Origin: Polyangiaceae bacterium
GTDB lineage: Bacteria > Myxococcota_A > Polyangia > Polyangiales > Polyangiaceae
Assembly (NCBI GenBank): GCA_041389805.1
Contig: JAWKRD010000035.1
Span: 18,389 to 82,388 of the forward strand
Length of the DNA stretch: 64,000 bases
Direction: 5' to 3'
Positions within the stretch are counted from its first letter, which is position 1. Each line of letters begins with the position of its first letter. The position numbers were made by a program, and so were the translations under genes. This document shows, one piece after another, positions 45,109 through 54,800 of the stretch. Under the pieces are notes generated by a model. It was not told the DNA's origin and did not search any database. It worked only from the letters and a program-made list of their open reading frames with translations.

Positions 45109-46368
45109 TCAGCTGGCAAGCCGCTCCAGGGTTCCTAGGAGCACATTCGCGCCAGCTTCGATGGCCTCCCAGGAAGTCCATTCCGCGGGGGAATGACTGC
45201 GGCCATCCTTGCTAGGGACGAAGATCATACCGACGCGGGTCACGTTCGCCAACTGCTGCGCGTCGTGAGCAGCGCCGCTCGGCAAGCGCAGGGCTTCTTC
45301 AGCCAGCGCCTCAGCGCTGCTCGCGATCGCGTCCATCACGCTCGTGTCGCATCTTACTGGCGAGAGCTCGCTCAACACCTCGAACTCGAACATCAGGCCG
45401 CGTCGCCGCGCGATCGCGCTCATGGCTCTGCGAAACGCACCGCCAAGCTCTTCGAGCACTGCGGAGTCGATGTCACGCACCTCCAGGCTGAACTCGGCGA
45501 CGCCCGGGACCACGTTAGGAGCGCCGGGCTGCAGCTGAATGCGTCCGATCGTCGCCACGCTGCGACCGCCGCCGTTTTCCTCGAGGATGCGCGGAATGGC
45601 CATCGATAGCTCCGCCACGCCTTGGAAAGCGTCCTGACGCATGTCCATGGGAGTCGTACCGGCGTGATTCGGCGTGCCGAGGAACTTCACGTTCCACTTG
45701 AACAGCCCCACGATGCCCTCCACCACACCGACCTTCAGGCCACGGCGGTCGAGGACTGGACCTTGCTCGACGTGGAGCTCGACGTACGCGTGGATCGAAT
45801 CCGGGCTGCGCTGCGCGCGTAACAGATGGCTCGCGTCGAGGCCATGGCGCTCCATGGCGTCGATCAGGCGGAGGCCCTGCAAGTCTTTTGCCGTGCGGAT
45901 ACTTTCTGGGGTCAGCTTCCCGGCGAGCGCCATGGACCCGGGCATGCCTCCGAAGCGCCCCTCCTCGTCGGTGAAGCTGATGACCTCGAGAGGGCGCGCT
46001 AGCTCGGCGCCAGATTCCTTGAGGCGCCTGAGGGCTTCGAGACCTGCGAGCACGCCGAGGGCGCCATCTAGATGTCCAGCTCCGGGCACCGAGTCGATGT
46101 GGGAGCCGGTAATCACGCTCGGGCGCTTGCCATCCCAGCCGAGGCGCCCGTGCAGATTCGCGGCCCCGTCGCTGAAGAATTCCAAGCCGGCGTCTTCGAT
46201 GCGCTGCCTCAACCAGGCGCGTGCTTGCATGTCTGCGTCGCTGAACGCCATGCGGTGGATGCCGAAGTCCGCGGCGCGTCCAATGCGCGCGAGGCTCTCG
46301 ATGTCTTCCTGCAGGCGCGGGAAGTTCACTCTGAGTTCGCTCACGAGGAGCTCCTTTCTGCTTTGCAT
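45109..46368 (-). CDS. M20-family amidohydrolase (allantoate / N-carbamoyl-amino-acid amidohydrolase type)
   Basis: GSHIDSVPGAGHLDGALGVLAGLEAL, FTDEEGRFGG, SGAAHDA. Confidence 0.8.
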   Translation of the reverse strand: MQSRKELLVSELRVNFPRLQEDIESLARIGRAADFGIHRMAFSDADMQARAWLRQRIEDAGLEFFSDGAANLHGRLGWDGKRPSVITGSHIDSVPGAGHLDGALGVLAGLEALRRLKESGAELARPLEVISFTDEEGRFGGMPGSMALAGKLTPESIRTAKDLQGLRLIDAMERHGLDASHLLRAQRSPDSIHAYVELHVEQGPVLDRRGLKVGVVEGIVGLFKWNVKFLGTPNHAGTTPMDMRQDAFQGVAELSMAIPRILEENGGGRSVATIGRIQLQPGAPNVVPGVAEFSLEVRDIDSAVLEELGGAFRRAMSAIARRRGLMFEFEVLSELSPVRCDTSVMDAIASSAEALAEEALRLPSGAAHDAQQLANVTRVGMIFVPSKDGRSHSPAEWTSWEAIEAGANVLLGTLERLAS

Positions 46369-46479
46369 GCGATTGCATGCATGCGCCTGCCTCTGCGGGC
46401 GCCGTTTGCCTCCCGGCGCACGCTCTGAAACGAGCGGCGCGCCATTTCGAAGGCAGACCCTATCACACGCTGGCAGGGG

Positions 46480-47259
46480 TTACGAACGCAGGCGGAGCAA
46501 CTGATCGGCAAGCTCTGCGAAGCCAGCGCCCCGAGCGCCGCTGCAGCGGTAGCGTGGCACGACGCTTGGCGCGCCGCTCAGGTTTGCGACGCCTATTGTC
46601 GTGCGGAAAGCGGCGAAGCACGCAGCATCGTTCTCGCTGTCACCGATATACGCGAAGCTTTGCAGCGCGCGCGTGCTGTCGACGCCCTCGTGCTGCGACA
46701 AGAAGGCGACGCTGCCGCTCGCCTTGTCATGGGTGTCGAATGTGATGTGGAAGTGCACACTGGACACCGTCGTGCTGGCGCCTCTGGCTTCCGCTGCGCG
46801 GCGCGCGGCGGCTACTACTTCAGGGTCCACCTTCCGAAACTCACCGATGTCGAACGTGAAGTCGCTGACGCGGCCGTGGACGTCGTCTGCTGGCACCAGC
46901 TCCGAGAACTCCGCCATCAGTCGCTCACTGAGTTCGAGCAGGCGCTCTCGGTGTGCCGCGCGTGTGGCGGTCGGGACAGCGTCCAAACGCCGTACCCTCC
47001 CCCCCAAACGAGCGTGCGCTAGATGACCGTTCTCACTCAGGGCGGCGCGGATGGGCCACATTCCGGCGACTAGCTCACCCCAGCTCGCGGGGCGACCCGT
47101 GACGGCGATTAGCCAAAGATCTGTTTCCGCGAGGTTGCAAAGCGCCTGGTACGCCTTGCGCGTCAGCTGACCGTGGTCGAGCAGCGTGTCGTCCAGGTCG
47201 AAGAGTAGCCCACGGAGTCCCTGGGCTTCTGCCTGGGAGAGCTGTGCGAGAGGCAGCAT
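46480..47259 (-). CDS. HAD-IIB-like hydrolase
   Basis: ATG at 47259 (MLPLAQL...). LLFDLDDTLL, AVTGRP, YIGDSENDA. Confidence 0.75.
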   Translation of the reverse strand: MLPLAQLSQAEAQGLRGLLFDLDDTLLDHGQLTRKAYQALCNLAETDLWLIAVTGRPASWGELVAGMWPIRAALSENGHLAHARLGGRVRRLDAVPTATRAAHRERLLELSERLMAEFSELVPADDVHGRVSDFTFDIGEFRKVDPEVVAAARRAAEARGASTTVSSVHFHITFDTHDKASGSVAFLSQHEGVDSTRALQSFAYIGDSENDAACFAAFRTTIGVANLSGAPSVVPRYRCSGARGAGFAELADQLLRLRS

Positions 47260-48503
47260 CAGTAGCTGCTCACTTGCACTACCAGGTTCGTCAGGTACTG
47301 GCCTTCGGGGAAGGCGGCGGGCACCGGATGGTCCCCTCCCTGGAAGACGCGCTCCAGTACCACCGCCCGGCGACCTGCGTCGCGGGCGCCGAGCGCCATC
47401 GCTCTGCGCAGCTCGAAGAGTCCGATCGCCGCCGAGCAAGAGCAGAGGATGACGATGCCGCCCTGCGTGCAGGTCCGTGTGGCGCCCTGGGCGAGTTTCC
47501 GCATGGCATCGAGCGCCTTGGTCTTGGCGTTGCGGTTCGGTGCCAGCTTGGGCGGGTCACAGATCACCAAGTCGAAGCTCTCCGGCTCGACCTTGTCGAG
47601 GTAGCGCCGCATGTCCTCGCGCTCGAACTGGATGCTGGAGAGTCCGTTGCGCTCTGCCACGCGTCCGCCCACTTCCAGCGCTGGCGCGCTCGAGTCCACC
47701 GCGTGCACGTGCTTTGCGCCGCCGCGAGCCGCCGCAAGGGCCGCACTTCCGACGAAACAATAGCCGTCAAGCACCCGACCGCTGCCTCCGGAGCGCACGT
47801 CGCTCGCGGCGAGCCGCTCGATCACGTCACGCAGCGGACGCTGGTCCAGGTAGTAGCCAGTCTTCTGGGAGAGCTCGCTCGGCAGTTCGAAGTCGAAGCC
47901 GCGCTCACGGAACTGCAGGCTATCCGCTTGGCCGGCGATGAACGTCGGCCCCACCTCGAAGCCTTCAGCCTTCGCCGTGCGCCCGCTGGTGCGGTTGAGG
48001 ATCACCGAGCAGCCGGTCACTTCTTGTAGCGCCGCGCTGATGGTCTCCCGCAATCGGTGCATGCCTCGGGTGCCAAACTGCACGACCAGCGCGTCTCCGA
48101 AGCGATCCACGATCAGCCCGGGAAGCTGATCGCCTTCGGCGTGGATCAGGCGGTAGGCGGTGGTGTCCGCGTTGGGGAACCCGAGCTGGCGCCGAAGCTG
48201 AGCTGCGGCCGAGATGCGCTGGTTCAGCAAGCTCGCGTTTAGGGACTCCTGGCGCCGCGTGAACAGCCGTACCGCGATCGCTGAGCCAGGCGAGTACAGA
48301 CCTCGACCCAGGTGCTGGCCGCGCGGGTCGAACACATCCACTTCGTCGCCCGCGGCCGGCTCGCCCTCGATGCGATCCACGGCTTGAGCGTAGATCCAGG
48401 GGTGCCCGGCCCAGACGGGTTGAACGTGACCAGGCTTGAGTCGCAGCTGTGCAACCACGCTGCTCCCTACCGGCAGTTCACTCTGGTGTAAACGGCTCTC
48501 CAC
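47259..48503 (-). CDS. rlmI: PUA-domain SAM-dependent rRNA (cytosine-C5) methyltransferase, RlmI-like
   Basis: HPWIY, LPGLIVDRFGD, QKTGYYLDQR, DPPKL, CSCS. Confidence 0.75.
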   Translation of the reverse strand: MESRLHQSELPVGSSVVAQLRLKPGHVQPVWAGHPWIYAQAVDRIEGEPAAGDEVDVFDPRGQHLGRGLYSPGSAIAVRLFTRRQESLNASLLNQRISAAAQLRRQLGFPNADTTAYRLIHAEGDQLPGLIVDRFGDALVVQFGTRGMHRLRETISAALQEVTGCSVILNRTSGRTAKAEGFEVGPTFIAGQADSLQFRERGFDFELPSELSQKTGYYLDQRPLRDVIERLAASDVRSGGSGRVLDGYCFVGSAALAAARGGAKHVHAVDSSAPALEVGGRVAERNGLSSIQFEREDMRRYLDKVEPESFDLVICDPPKLAPNRNAKTKALDAMRKLAQGATRTCTQGGIVILCSCSAAIGLFELRRAMALGARDAGRRAVVLERVFQGGDHPVPAAFPEGQYLTNLVVQVSSY

Positions 48504-48666
48504 GCTGGCGTGATTGGCCAGATCCGGAAACCATCGAGTTTTCTCGAGGATTGAACGCGAAACCGGCCGACCTAGCGCCTGGCACTCGGATTGCTAACCT
48601 CTGTGAGTGCCGCGGGGCTCTCGCGGCGCTTGGGGGTGCGACCCCAGAATCCGAAAGGAGCCTTCC

Positions 48667-49557
48667 ATGAAGACGCGGCTCACCGCATTCAGCGTTGTCT
48701 TAGCCACCTGTGCAGTCCCTGTTTTGGTCAGCAGCACTGCCTATGCTCAAGAGGAATGTCCTCCCGGATCCTGGTTCTGTGAGGATGAAGGTGGCGACGT
48801 CGACGTCGATGACGAAGCGGACACCGCGGACGAGCCGCCTCCTCCGGAGCGCGTCGACGTTCCGAAGCGGCGCACGAAGCGTCCGCCGCCGATCGTCGTC
48901 TATCAGCCTGAGGGCGAGCCACCGCCGACCGTCGTCGTGGTCAAGGACCGCGCCGCGCCTGAACCACCGCCCCAGCCCAAGAAGCCGCGCTGGAAGCGGG
49001 AGTGGGGTCTGAACCTGCGCCTGCAAGGCGTGATGATGAGCAAGAAGAACGACAACTACGCGAACGGCGATGGTGTCGATGACCGCGGCATGGGCGGTCT
49101 TGGCGTGGGCCTGCGCTACCGTCCGAAGCCGCACTTCGCGTTCGAGGTGGGCTTGGACTTCTTCGGCGGCCGCGACTACCAGGCTGATGAGCGTGAAGAG
49201 ACCGCTCTCACCTTCAATGGCCTCGTGTTCTTCAATCCGAAGGACAAGTTCCAGCTCTACGCCCTGGGTGGCTTCGGTTTCACCGGCGCTCACGTGAAGC
49301 TGGATCGCAGTCAGGCGCTGGTGAACGGAAGCGCCGAGGAGAGGGACTACAGCTACTTCGGTCTCCAGGCGGGCCTTGGTCTCGAGTGGCGCCTGGCCAG
49401 CAAGACGGCGCTGAACTTCGACGTGATTGGCTTCGTGCGTGGCCGCACCGATGACGCGGCTCAGTACGAGTACGAGTACACGGATCCGGATACGGGACGC
49501 CAAACCAACTCCTCCGGAGGCGGCTTGGCGCGCTTGGGTCTCACCTTCTACTGGTGA
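48667..49557 (+). CDS. Outer-membrane beta-barrel protein with an acidic, Pro-rich N-terminal region
   Basis: Signal peptide ending AYA-QE. Beta-strand pattern in the C-terminal half, ending in LGLTFYW. Confidence 0.65.
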   Translation: MKTRLTAFSVVLATCAVPVLVSSTAYAQEECPPGSWFCEDEGGDVDVDDEADTADEPPPPERVDVPKRRTKRPPPIVVYQPEGEPPPTVVVVKDRAAPEPPPQPKKPRWKREWGLNLRLQGVMMSKKNDNYANGDGVDDRGMGGLGVGLRYRPKPHFAFEVGLDFFGGRDYQADEREETALTFNGLVFFNPKDKFQLYALGGFGFTGAHVKLDRSQALVNGSAEERDYSYFGLQAGLGLEWRLASKTALNFDVIGFVRGRTDDAAQYEYEYTDPDTGRQTNSSGGGLARLGLTFYW

Positions 49558-49575
49558 CCGCGCTCTGACTGAGTA

Positions 49576-49620
49576 AGGGCCCGAGAACGGGAGGGATTGA
49601 ATTCCCCGTTCGCGGGCCCT
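49576..49620 (+). terminator. 16-bp stem hairpin (one mismatch) after the OMP gene
   Basis: AGGGCCCGAGAACGGG ... CCCGTTCGCGGGCCCT. It overlaps the track start of lnt, which argues for a later lnt start. Confidence 0.5.
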
Positions 49621-51237
49621 AAGCCTGCCCGCATCGAGCAACGTCACCGACCGACGACCGCAGCCGTGCTGGGCGGGCTGTGTTTTGCGCTGACGGCGCC
49701 TCCCATCAACTTTCATCTGGGAGTGCCGCTCGGGTTGGCTGCGCTGTTCCTCGCCTCGGAGCTGCCAGCCACAGCGCCCAGGGGTAAGCGGCGGGCGTTC
49801 TTCCGAGGCTGGCTATGGGCGACCTCAGCAGGGCTACTGGGCCTGCGCTTCGTGCCGGCCGTGGTCGACCGCTTCACGCCCCTCGGTGTGGCAGGCGGGT
49901 TGCTGGCTCTGCTGTTGCTCGCCGCGTTTCAGGCCTTGGGTTGGGGGCTCGGGACGCTGCTCGCCTGGCTCCTGGAAGCGCGCCTCGAGCTGGATCGGCG
50001 GCTCGCGTTTCCTTGCGGTGTGCTCTTCGCCTGCATGTGGCCTGGAGTCTTCGCGTGGACGCCCGGCGCGCTGCTCTCGGAGTGGGTGCCAGTGATCCAG
50101 ATCGCGGAGCTCGTGGGGGAACGCGGGCTGAGCTTCTTGATGGCGCTCGGCGTCGGATGCATTGCCTGGCCGTTGCGCCGGCATTTCCGTGAGGAGACGG
50201 CCCGGGCTTCCACGCCACGCTTTCACCGCCCGGCCGTGAACGTCGTCCTGGGTGTCGGTGTCTGGGCTGCACTGTTGGGTTACGGCGTCGTGCGTCTCAA
50301 GATGCTCCCGGCCCCACGCGGCAGTGTGAAGGTCGCCCTCATCCAGCCGGCCACCGATGCGCGGCTACGCTGGGAGCCAAGCCAGCGCATGGAGATCCTG
50401 AGTCGCCTGCGGCGCGTGACCGCAGAAGCCGAAGCGGCCGGTGCCGAGCTCAGCATCTGGCCGGAGGCGGCGTACCCGTTCCTGTTGAGCCCCGAAGCGG
50501 CTCACGAACCCCGTGGTGGACGCGCGATCCACATCAACGGCGTGAAGGGCCCCGTGTTGCTCGGCACGCTCACGCCAGCGCGAGCTCCCGCCGGAGAGCG
50601 ACCTGAAGGGCAGTACAACGCGGCGACGCTGATCGACGCTCAGGGTCACCAGCAGCGCGTCCAGGCCAAGCTTCAGCTGCTGTGGTTTGGCGAGAGCCTG
50701 CCGTTTGGCGCTCAGTCGATTCCCTGGCTGCGCAAGGTGTTCTTCCGCGCTGGCGGCTTGGTACCCGGTGACGAAGTCGTGCTCCTCACGCATCCGACTC
50801 AGAGCGGCGAGCTGCGCATGGCAGTGCTCAATTGCTACGAGGACATCTTGCCTGGGATTGGACGCCGGATGGCGGCAGAGGGGCCGAACCTGCTGGTCAA
50901 CGTGACCAACGACGCCTGGTTCGAGGGCAGCATCGAGTCGGCGCTTCACCTGCGGCTCAGCGTGTTGCGCGCGGTGGAGACACGGCGTGATCTCGTGCGG
51001 GCGGTGAACCTCGGGTTGCCCGCATGGATCGATCGCAGCGGCCGCGTGCGGGAGCTGGGCTCACCCAGCCCAGCTGGCTTCACCCTGGTAACGCCCAGCA
51101 TGCACAACTCGCCGCCGACGTTCTACGTGCGGTTCGGCGACTATCCCTTGCTCGCGCTGCTCGGCTTGTTGCTTGGACTGCGTGCTTTCCGTGTGGCAAG
51201 GGGACGGCGCGCAGCTTCCAGTGACCCGCAGAGCTAG
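49597..51237 (+). CDS. lnt: Apolipoprotein N-acyltransferase
   Basis: Polytopic N-terminal part plus a CN-hydrolase domain (IWPEAAYPF, LNCYEDI, NVTNDAWF). The likely true start is the GTG at 49666. Confidence 0.85.
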   Translation: MNSPFAGPKPARIEQRHRPTTAAVLGGLCFALTAPPINFHLGVPLGLAALFLASELPATAPRGKRRAFFRGWLWATSAGLLGLRFVPAVVDRFTPLGVAGGLLALLLLAAFQALGWGLGTLLAWLLEARLELDRRLAFPCGVLFACMWPGVFAWTPGALLSEWVPVIQIAELVGERGLSFLMALGVGCIAWPLRRHFREETARASTPRFHRPAVNVVLGVGVWAALLGYGVVRLKMLPAPRGSVKVALIQPATDARLRWEPSQRMEILSRLRRVTAEAEAAGAELSIWPEAAYPFLLSPEAAHEPRGGRAIHINGVKGPVLLGTLTPARAPAGERPEGQYNAATLIDAQGHQQRVQAKLQLLWFGESLPFGAQSIPWLRKVFFRAGGLVPGDEVVLLTHPTQSGELRMAVLNCYEDILPGIGRRMAAEGPNLLVNVTNDAWFEGSIESALHLRLSVLRAVETRRDLVRAVNLGLPAWIDRSGRVRELGSPSPAGFTLVTPSMHNSPPTFYVRFGDYPLLALLGLLLGLRAFRVARGRRAASSDPQS

Positions 51238-51247
51238 TCACAAACAG

Positions 51248-51281
51248 CAACGAGCCCATGGCGAATGCCATGGGCTCGTTG
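51248..51281. terminator. Perfect 15-bp stem, 4-nt loop hairpin between convergent lnt and the HU gene
   Basis: CAACGAGCCCATGGC-GAAT-GCCATGGGCTCGTTG. Confidence 0.7.
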
Positions 51282-51303
51282 CGTGAGTCCGGTGGACTCT
51301 AAT

Positions 51304-51333
51304 GAACTGCAGCGAAGATGATCGCTGCAGTTC
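51304..51333. terminator. Perfect 12-bp stem, 6-nt loop hairpin just after the HU gene stop
   Basis: GAACTGCAGCGA-AGATGA-TCGCTGCAGTTC. Confidence 0.6.
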
Positions 51334-51339
51334 CAAAGA

Positions 51340-51651
51340 TCACTGAACCAGGTCCTTGAGAGCCTTCAGTGCGGTTGCGCGCACCTTCTTGCTCGCGGGC
51401 TTGGCCTCGATCGTCATGGGCTCCTTGGTGAAGGGGTTGATGCCCTGACGCTCCTTGGTCGCGGGCTTCTTCACCACGCGGAGCTTCACCAGACCGGGGA
51501 CCACGAACTCGCCTGGTCCACGCCCCGTGAGCTGCTTACGGATCAGATCCGTGAGCGCCTCGAAAACCTTGTTGATGCTCTTCTTGTCGAGGTCCGTTGC
51601 CGTTGCTAGCTCCGCGACCACCTGCGCCTTCGTCAGCCTCTTACCAGCCAT
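51340..51651 (-). CDS. HU/IHF-family DNA-binding protein
   Basis: LTKAQVVAELA...INKVFEALTDLI...GLVKLRVVKKPATKERQGINPFTKEPMTIEAKPA is the typical beta-arm motif. Confidence 0.9.
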   Translation of the reverse strand: MAGKRLTKAQVVAELATATDLDKKSINKVFEALTDLIRKQLTGRGPGEFVVPGLVKLRVVKKPATKERQGINPFTKEPMTIEAKPASKKVRATALKALKDLVQ

Positions 51652-52141
51652 TGCGCTTCCTCCTAGTGAAACCCTTACGAACTAGTGCTTTGCTGTTGGT
51701 TCGTGCCCCCCGGGCACGTTACCTAAGCGACCCCGTCCTAACGCCTTCGATGGCATTCCACCCCACGAATGTGGAAGCAGTCAGACAACCTCGGCGGTTG
51801 GCCCAAACGGGTTCACAGCGGTTTTGCTGCTGAATCCGTGAGGCGGCATGACGACTATCAAGGAGCCATGGGCCATACAAGCGAAAAAAATAGGGTGTTT
51901 CGCGATCGGGTCTCGAGCGGTGCTGCCCCACGTATGCGGATCCGGCTGAAAACCGGCTGCATCCGCCATGGGGCGTTTCCGCCGATCAGCACCACGACGC
52001 GCCGCATCCATCGGACAGCAAGGAAGCAGCCTAAATCGTTGCGCAACGAAGGCTTAGCGATCATCTCGCAAGCCGTACACGAAGCTCCAGCCAGGGCTTT
52101 TCAGCCGCTTGGCGAGGCCTAGCTCACCCCCCCGGCCGGGC

Positions 52142-52669
52142 TCAGCGGCGGGCGTTTCCGTGCTTCCGTGAGCGCGGTCCGGCCTGGCGTTTTTTTTTCG
52201 TGGCAGGGGGGGTTTTGGGGCGGATCGGCCCCCCAGCGGCTTCCACCAAGCGTCTGGTCTCCGCGTCCATTTCGGCTTCTTCGGCGTCGGTCTGGTGGTC
52301 GTAGCCGATCAGGTGGAGTAGCCCGTGGGCCAGCAGGAAGCGCACCTCGTCCACGAGCTCGTGACGCCGCTGGCGAGCCTGGCGCTCCGCGGTGTCCAGG
52401 GAAATCACCACGTCGCCGAGCACGCGGAAGGGCAGCTCTTCTCCGCCGGTGTCTGCTTCTTCCAAGGCGAAGGCGAGCACATCGGTCGGCTTGTCCTTTC
52501 CGCGGTGAACCCGATTGAGCTCGTGGATCTCGCTGTCGTTGGTCAGCAGCACGGAGAGCTCGGCGCTCTCGAGCTCGAGCGCACGCAGCATCTGATCCGC
52601 GAGAGACTTCACGCGCCGTGCAGCGAGTGCTGCAGAGCCCGGTGCACGGCGCGAGACGTAGCTAGGCAT
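52142..52669 (-). CDS. ybeY: rRNA maturation endoribonuclease YbeY with a basic C-terminal tail
   Basis: HGLLHLIGYDH zinc-binding motif. Confidence 0.9.
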   Translation of the reverse strand: MPSYVSRRAPGSAALAARRVKSLADQMLRALELESAELSVLLTNDSEIHELNRVHRGKDKPTDVLAFALEEADTGGEELPFRVLGDVVISLDTAERQARQRRHELVDEVRFLLAHGLLHLIGYDHQTDAEEAEMDAETRRLVEAAGGPIRPKTPPATKKKRQAGPRSRKHGNARR

Positions 52670-52671
52670 GT

Positions 52672-53319
52672 TCAGGCCTTCGGGATCTTCTTTGCATCCT
52701 CGAGGAACTTGGCCAGGCCGATGTCCGTCAGCGGATGCTGCGTCAGCTGCTGAATCACCTTGAGCGGCAGCGTCGCGATGTCGGCGCCCATCAGTGCGGC
52801 CTCTACGAAGTGGATCGGGTGACGCACGCTGGCGACCAGCACCTCAGTCTCCAGGCCGTAGTTCTGATAGATGTTGATGATCTGCTCGACCAACTCCATG
52901 CCCGGCATCGAGATGTCGTCGAGGCGTCCGACGAAGGGCGAGATCATGGTCGCACCGGCCTTCGCGGCGAGCAGCGCTTGGCTGGGCGAGAAACACAGTG
53001 TCACGTTGGTCTTGATGCCTTCGCTGGTGAACTGACGCACCGCCTTCAGGCCATCGATGATCAGCGGCACCTTGACCACCACATTCGGGTGCAGCTTGGC
53101 CAGCTTCCGACCTTCTTCCAGGATCCCCGCGGTATCGGTCGCGATGACCTCGGCGCTCACGGGGCCGTCCACGAGCTCGCAGATTTCAGGGATCGAGTCC
53201 TGTAGCGTGCGTCCAGTCTTCGCCAACAGTGAAGGGTTCGTGGTCACGCCGTCGATGGCGCCCATCGCCGCGGCCTCTTTGATTTCGCCGATGTCAGCGC
53301 TGTCGATGAAGATCTTCAT
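52672..53319 (-). CDS. fsa: Fructose-6-phosphate aldolase / short transaldolase
   Basis: [16 protein letters not shown]...[12 protein letters not shown]...VVVKVP...NVTLCFS...[10 protein letters not shown]. Confidence 0.9.
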   Translation of the reverse strand: MKIFIDSADIGEIKEAAAMGAIDGVTTNPSLLAKTGRTLQDSIPEICELVDGPVSAEVIATDTAGILEEGRKLAKLHPNVVVKVPLIIDGLKAVRQFTSEGIKTNVTLCFSPSQALLAAKAGATMISPFVGRLDDISMPGMELVEQIINIYQNYGLETEVLVASVRHPIHFVEAALMGADIATLPLKVIQQLTQHPLTDIGLAKFLEDAKKIPKA

Positions 53320-53448
53320 GGCTTTGCTCCTAAGGGTAGAGCGCCGTCGGGCGCTCGTCGGATTGGCTCGCAGAGCGAGCTAGCGCCGGACCCCAGGGCC
53401 CGATCGCCCGGTTCGCCTACCCGCTCACGCCGCCAGGAGCAAGGCCGG

Positions 53449-54096
53449 TTACTGCATCAGCCCGAGGTTGCAGTCGCAGGGCGCAAACGCCTTCCCGTCG
53501 TCCTGACAAACCTGCGCGCCGGCGCAGTTGTCCTTGCCAACACACGCGCGGGGCGACTTGGGTTTGCAACCTTCCTCAGCGTCGCTCGAGGGTGTCTTGG
53601 CGCGCTCTGCGCGCTTGGTCTGCTTCGGCGGAGGTTTCTCGGATTTTTGGGGGGGAGGTGAGTCGTCCGTGGATGCGGCCAACGCGATGTCGCTGGCGGT
53701 CTCGGGGCTGCCCCGATCGTCACACCGGTAAGCGACGCCGCTGACGGTTGCCGTCGTGGTGTTCGAGCCGCTGTTGCCTTCGAGCACACCCAGCGTCGGC
53801 GTGTCGTACTGAATGAAGTTGGCGCCAAGCTCTGCAGCTTGGTTCCGCAGGTCGTTCATCGCGGACTCGATCAAGGTGTCGTTCGTGATCCACTGTCCAC
53901 CGAGGCCACCTGCGTGTCCCACCACGAAGCCGAGCTGGACGCAGTTGGAGGGATCGAACCCTGACATGCCGGGAGGACCACCCGACATCTCAACGCCGCG
54001 GCCTTGCTCGAGAGGCGTGACGCAACCAGCACCGGCCAGTGCTACCAAACCGATCGACCCACACAGCGCAGCAAGCTTCTTCACGCTCTGACTCAT
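53449..54096 (-). CDS. DUF4156-like lipoprotein with a Cys-rich C-terminal tail
   Basis: ATG at 54096 with lipobox LAGAGC. LRNQAAELGANFI resembles the DUF4156 core. Confidence 0.55.
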   Translation of the reverse strand: MSQSVKKLAALCGSIGLVALAGAGCVTPLEQGRGVEMSGGPPGMSGFDPSNCVQLGFVVGHAGGLGGQWITNDTLIESAMNDLRNQAAELGANFIQYDTPTLGVLEGNSGSNTTTATVSGVAYRCDDRGSPETASDIALAASTDDSPPPQKSEKPPPKQTKRAERAKTPSSDAEEGCKPKSPRACVGKDNCAGAQVCQDDGKAFAPCDCNLGLMQ

Positions 54097-54800
54097 ATCA
54101 AACGCGCTGCGTTGGGCCACTCGCAATCGATGCTGCCGCACGGCACCAGGGCTGCGACGGTTGGATGGGACGCGGGCTGCACCTGGTTGACCTCTCCCCC
54201 AAAAATGGAGACGGCAGGGGACGGAGCGGCTTCGGCGGGGCTGCCGGGCTCATGGCTGGGGCCGGGGCGGTCCAGGTGGTTGGGCGCTACCTCTGAGGGC
54301 TGGCGCCTGATGGCACTTGGGTGCGGCTTCGCTGCGCTCGAGGATGTGATGGGTGTGTTTCGGACCTCGGGTCGGCCGTGACGCTGTGCGGCAGCGCGGC
54401 GTCCGCTGTCGCGCCGGACTCCACAGTGAGGGATGCCGAGGCTGCTTTGCGAACTGTGCTTCGCACGGGCGTGCTTCTGCTGGCTCAGGGCGCTTTCGAG
54501 AGTGAGAACGTTGGTTCGCGGCGCAGCGTGTGTCTGCGCGATGTGTAGCAACGCGTCACGACCGCCGCTGAAGGCGCATGGCGTCATGCGCCGAGTGTTT
54601 CGACAACGTGTTGGGTGCTTCACGATTCTCGAGGCAATTCAGCGTAAAGGTCGCTTGAAACCTGCTGCCACTAGAGTACTCAGCGAGCCGTAACGCGCGT
54701 CCTCGTCGACCCCTTCGATCGGGTCATGAGCAGCGAGTGCACCGGACGCGAAGCTCGTAGGCAATCGCCGCGAAGCTGAAGAGAGAAGAGCCACGGAAAC

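Noticed and set aside
52005-52045. SRP (4.5S) RNA, suggested by the string GGAAGCAGCC.
   Set aside because: The flanking sequence does not form the conserved domain IV hairpin (no GGAA tetraloop context, no complementary 3' strand). The match is limited to 10 nt.
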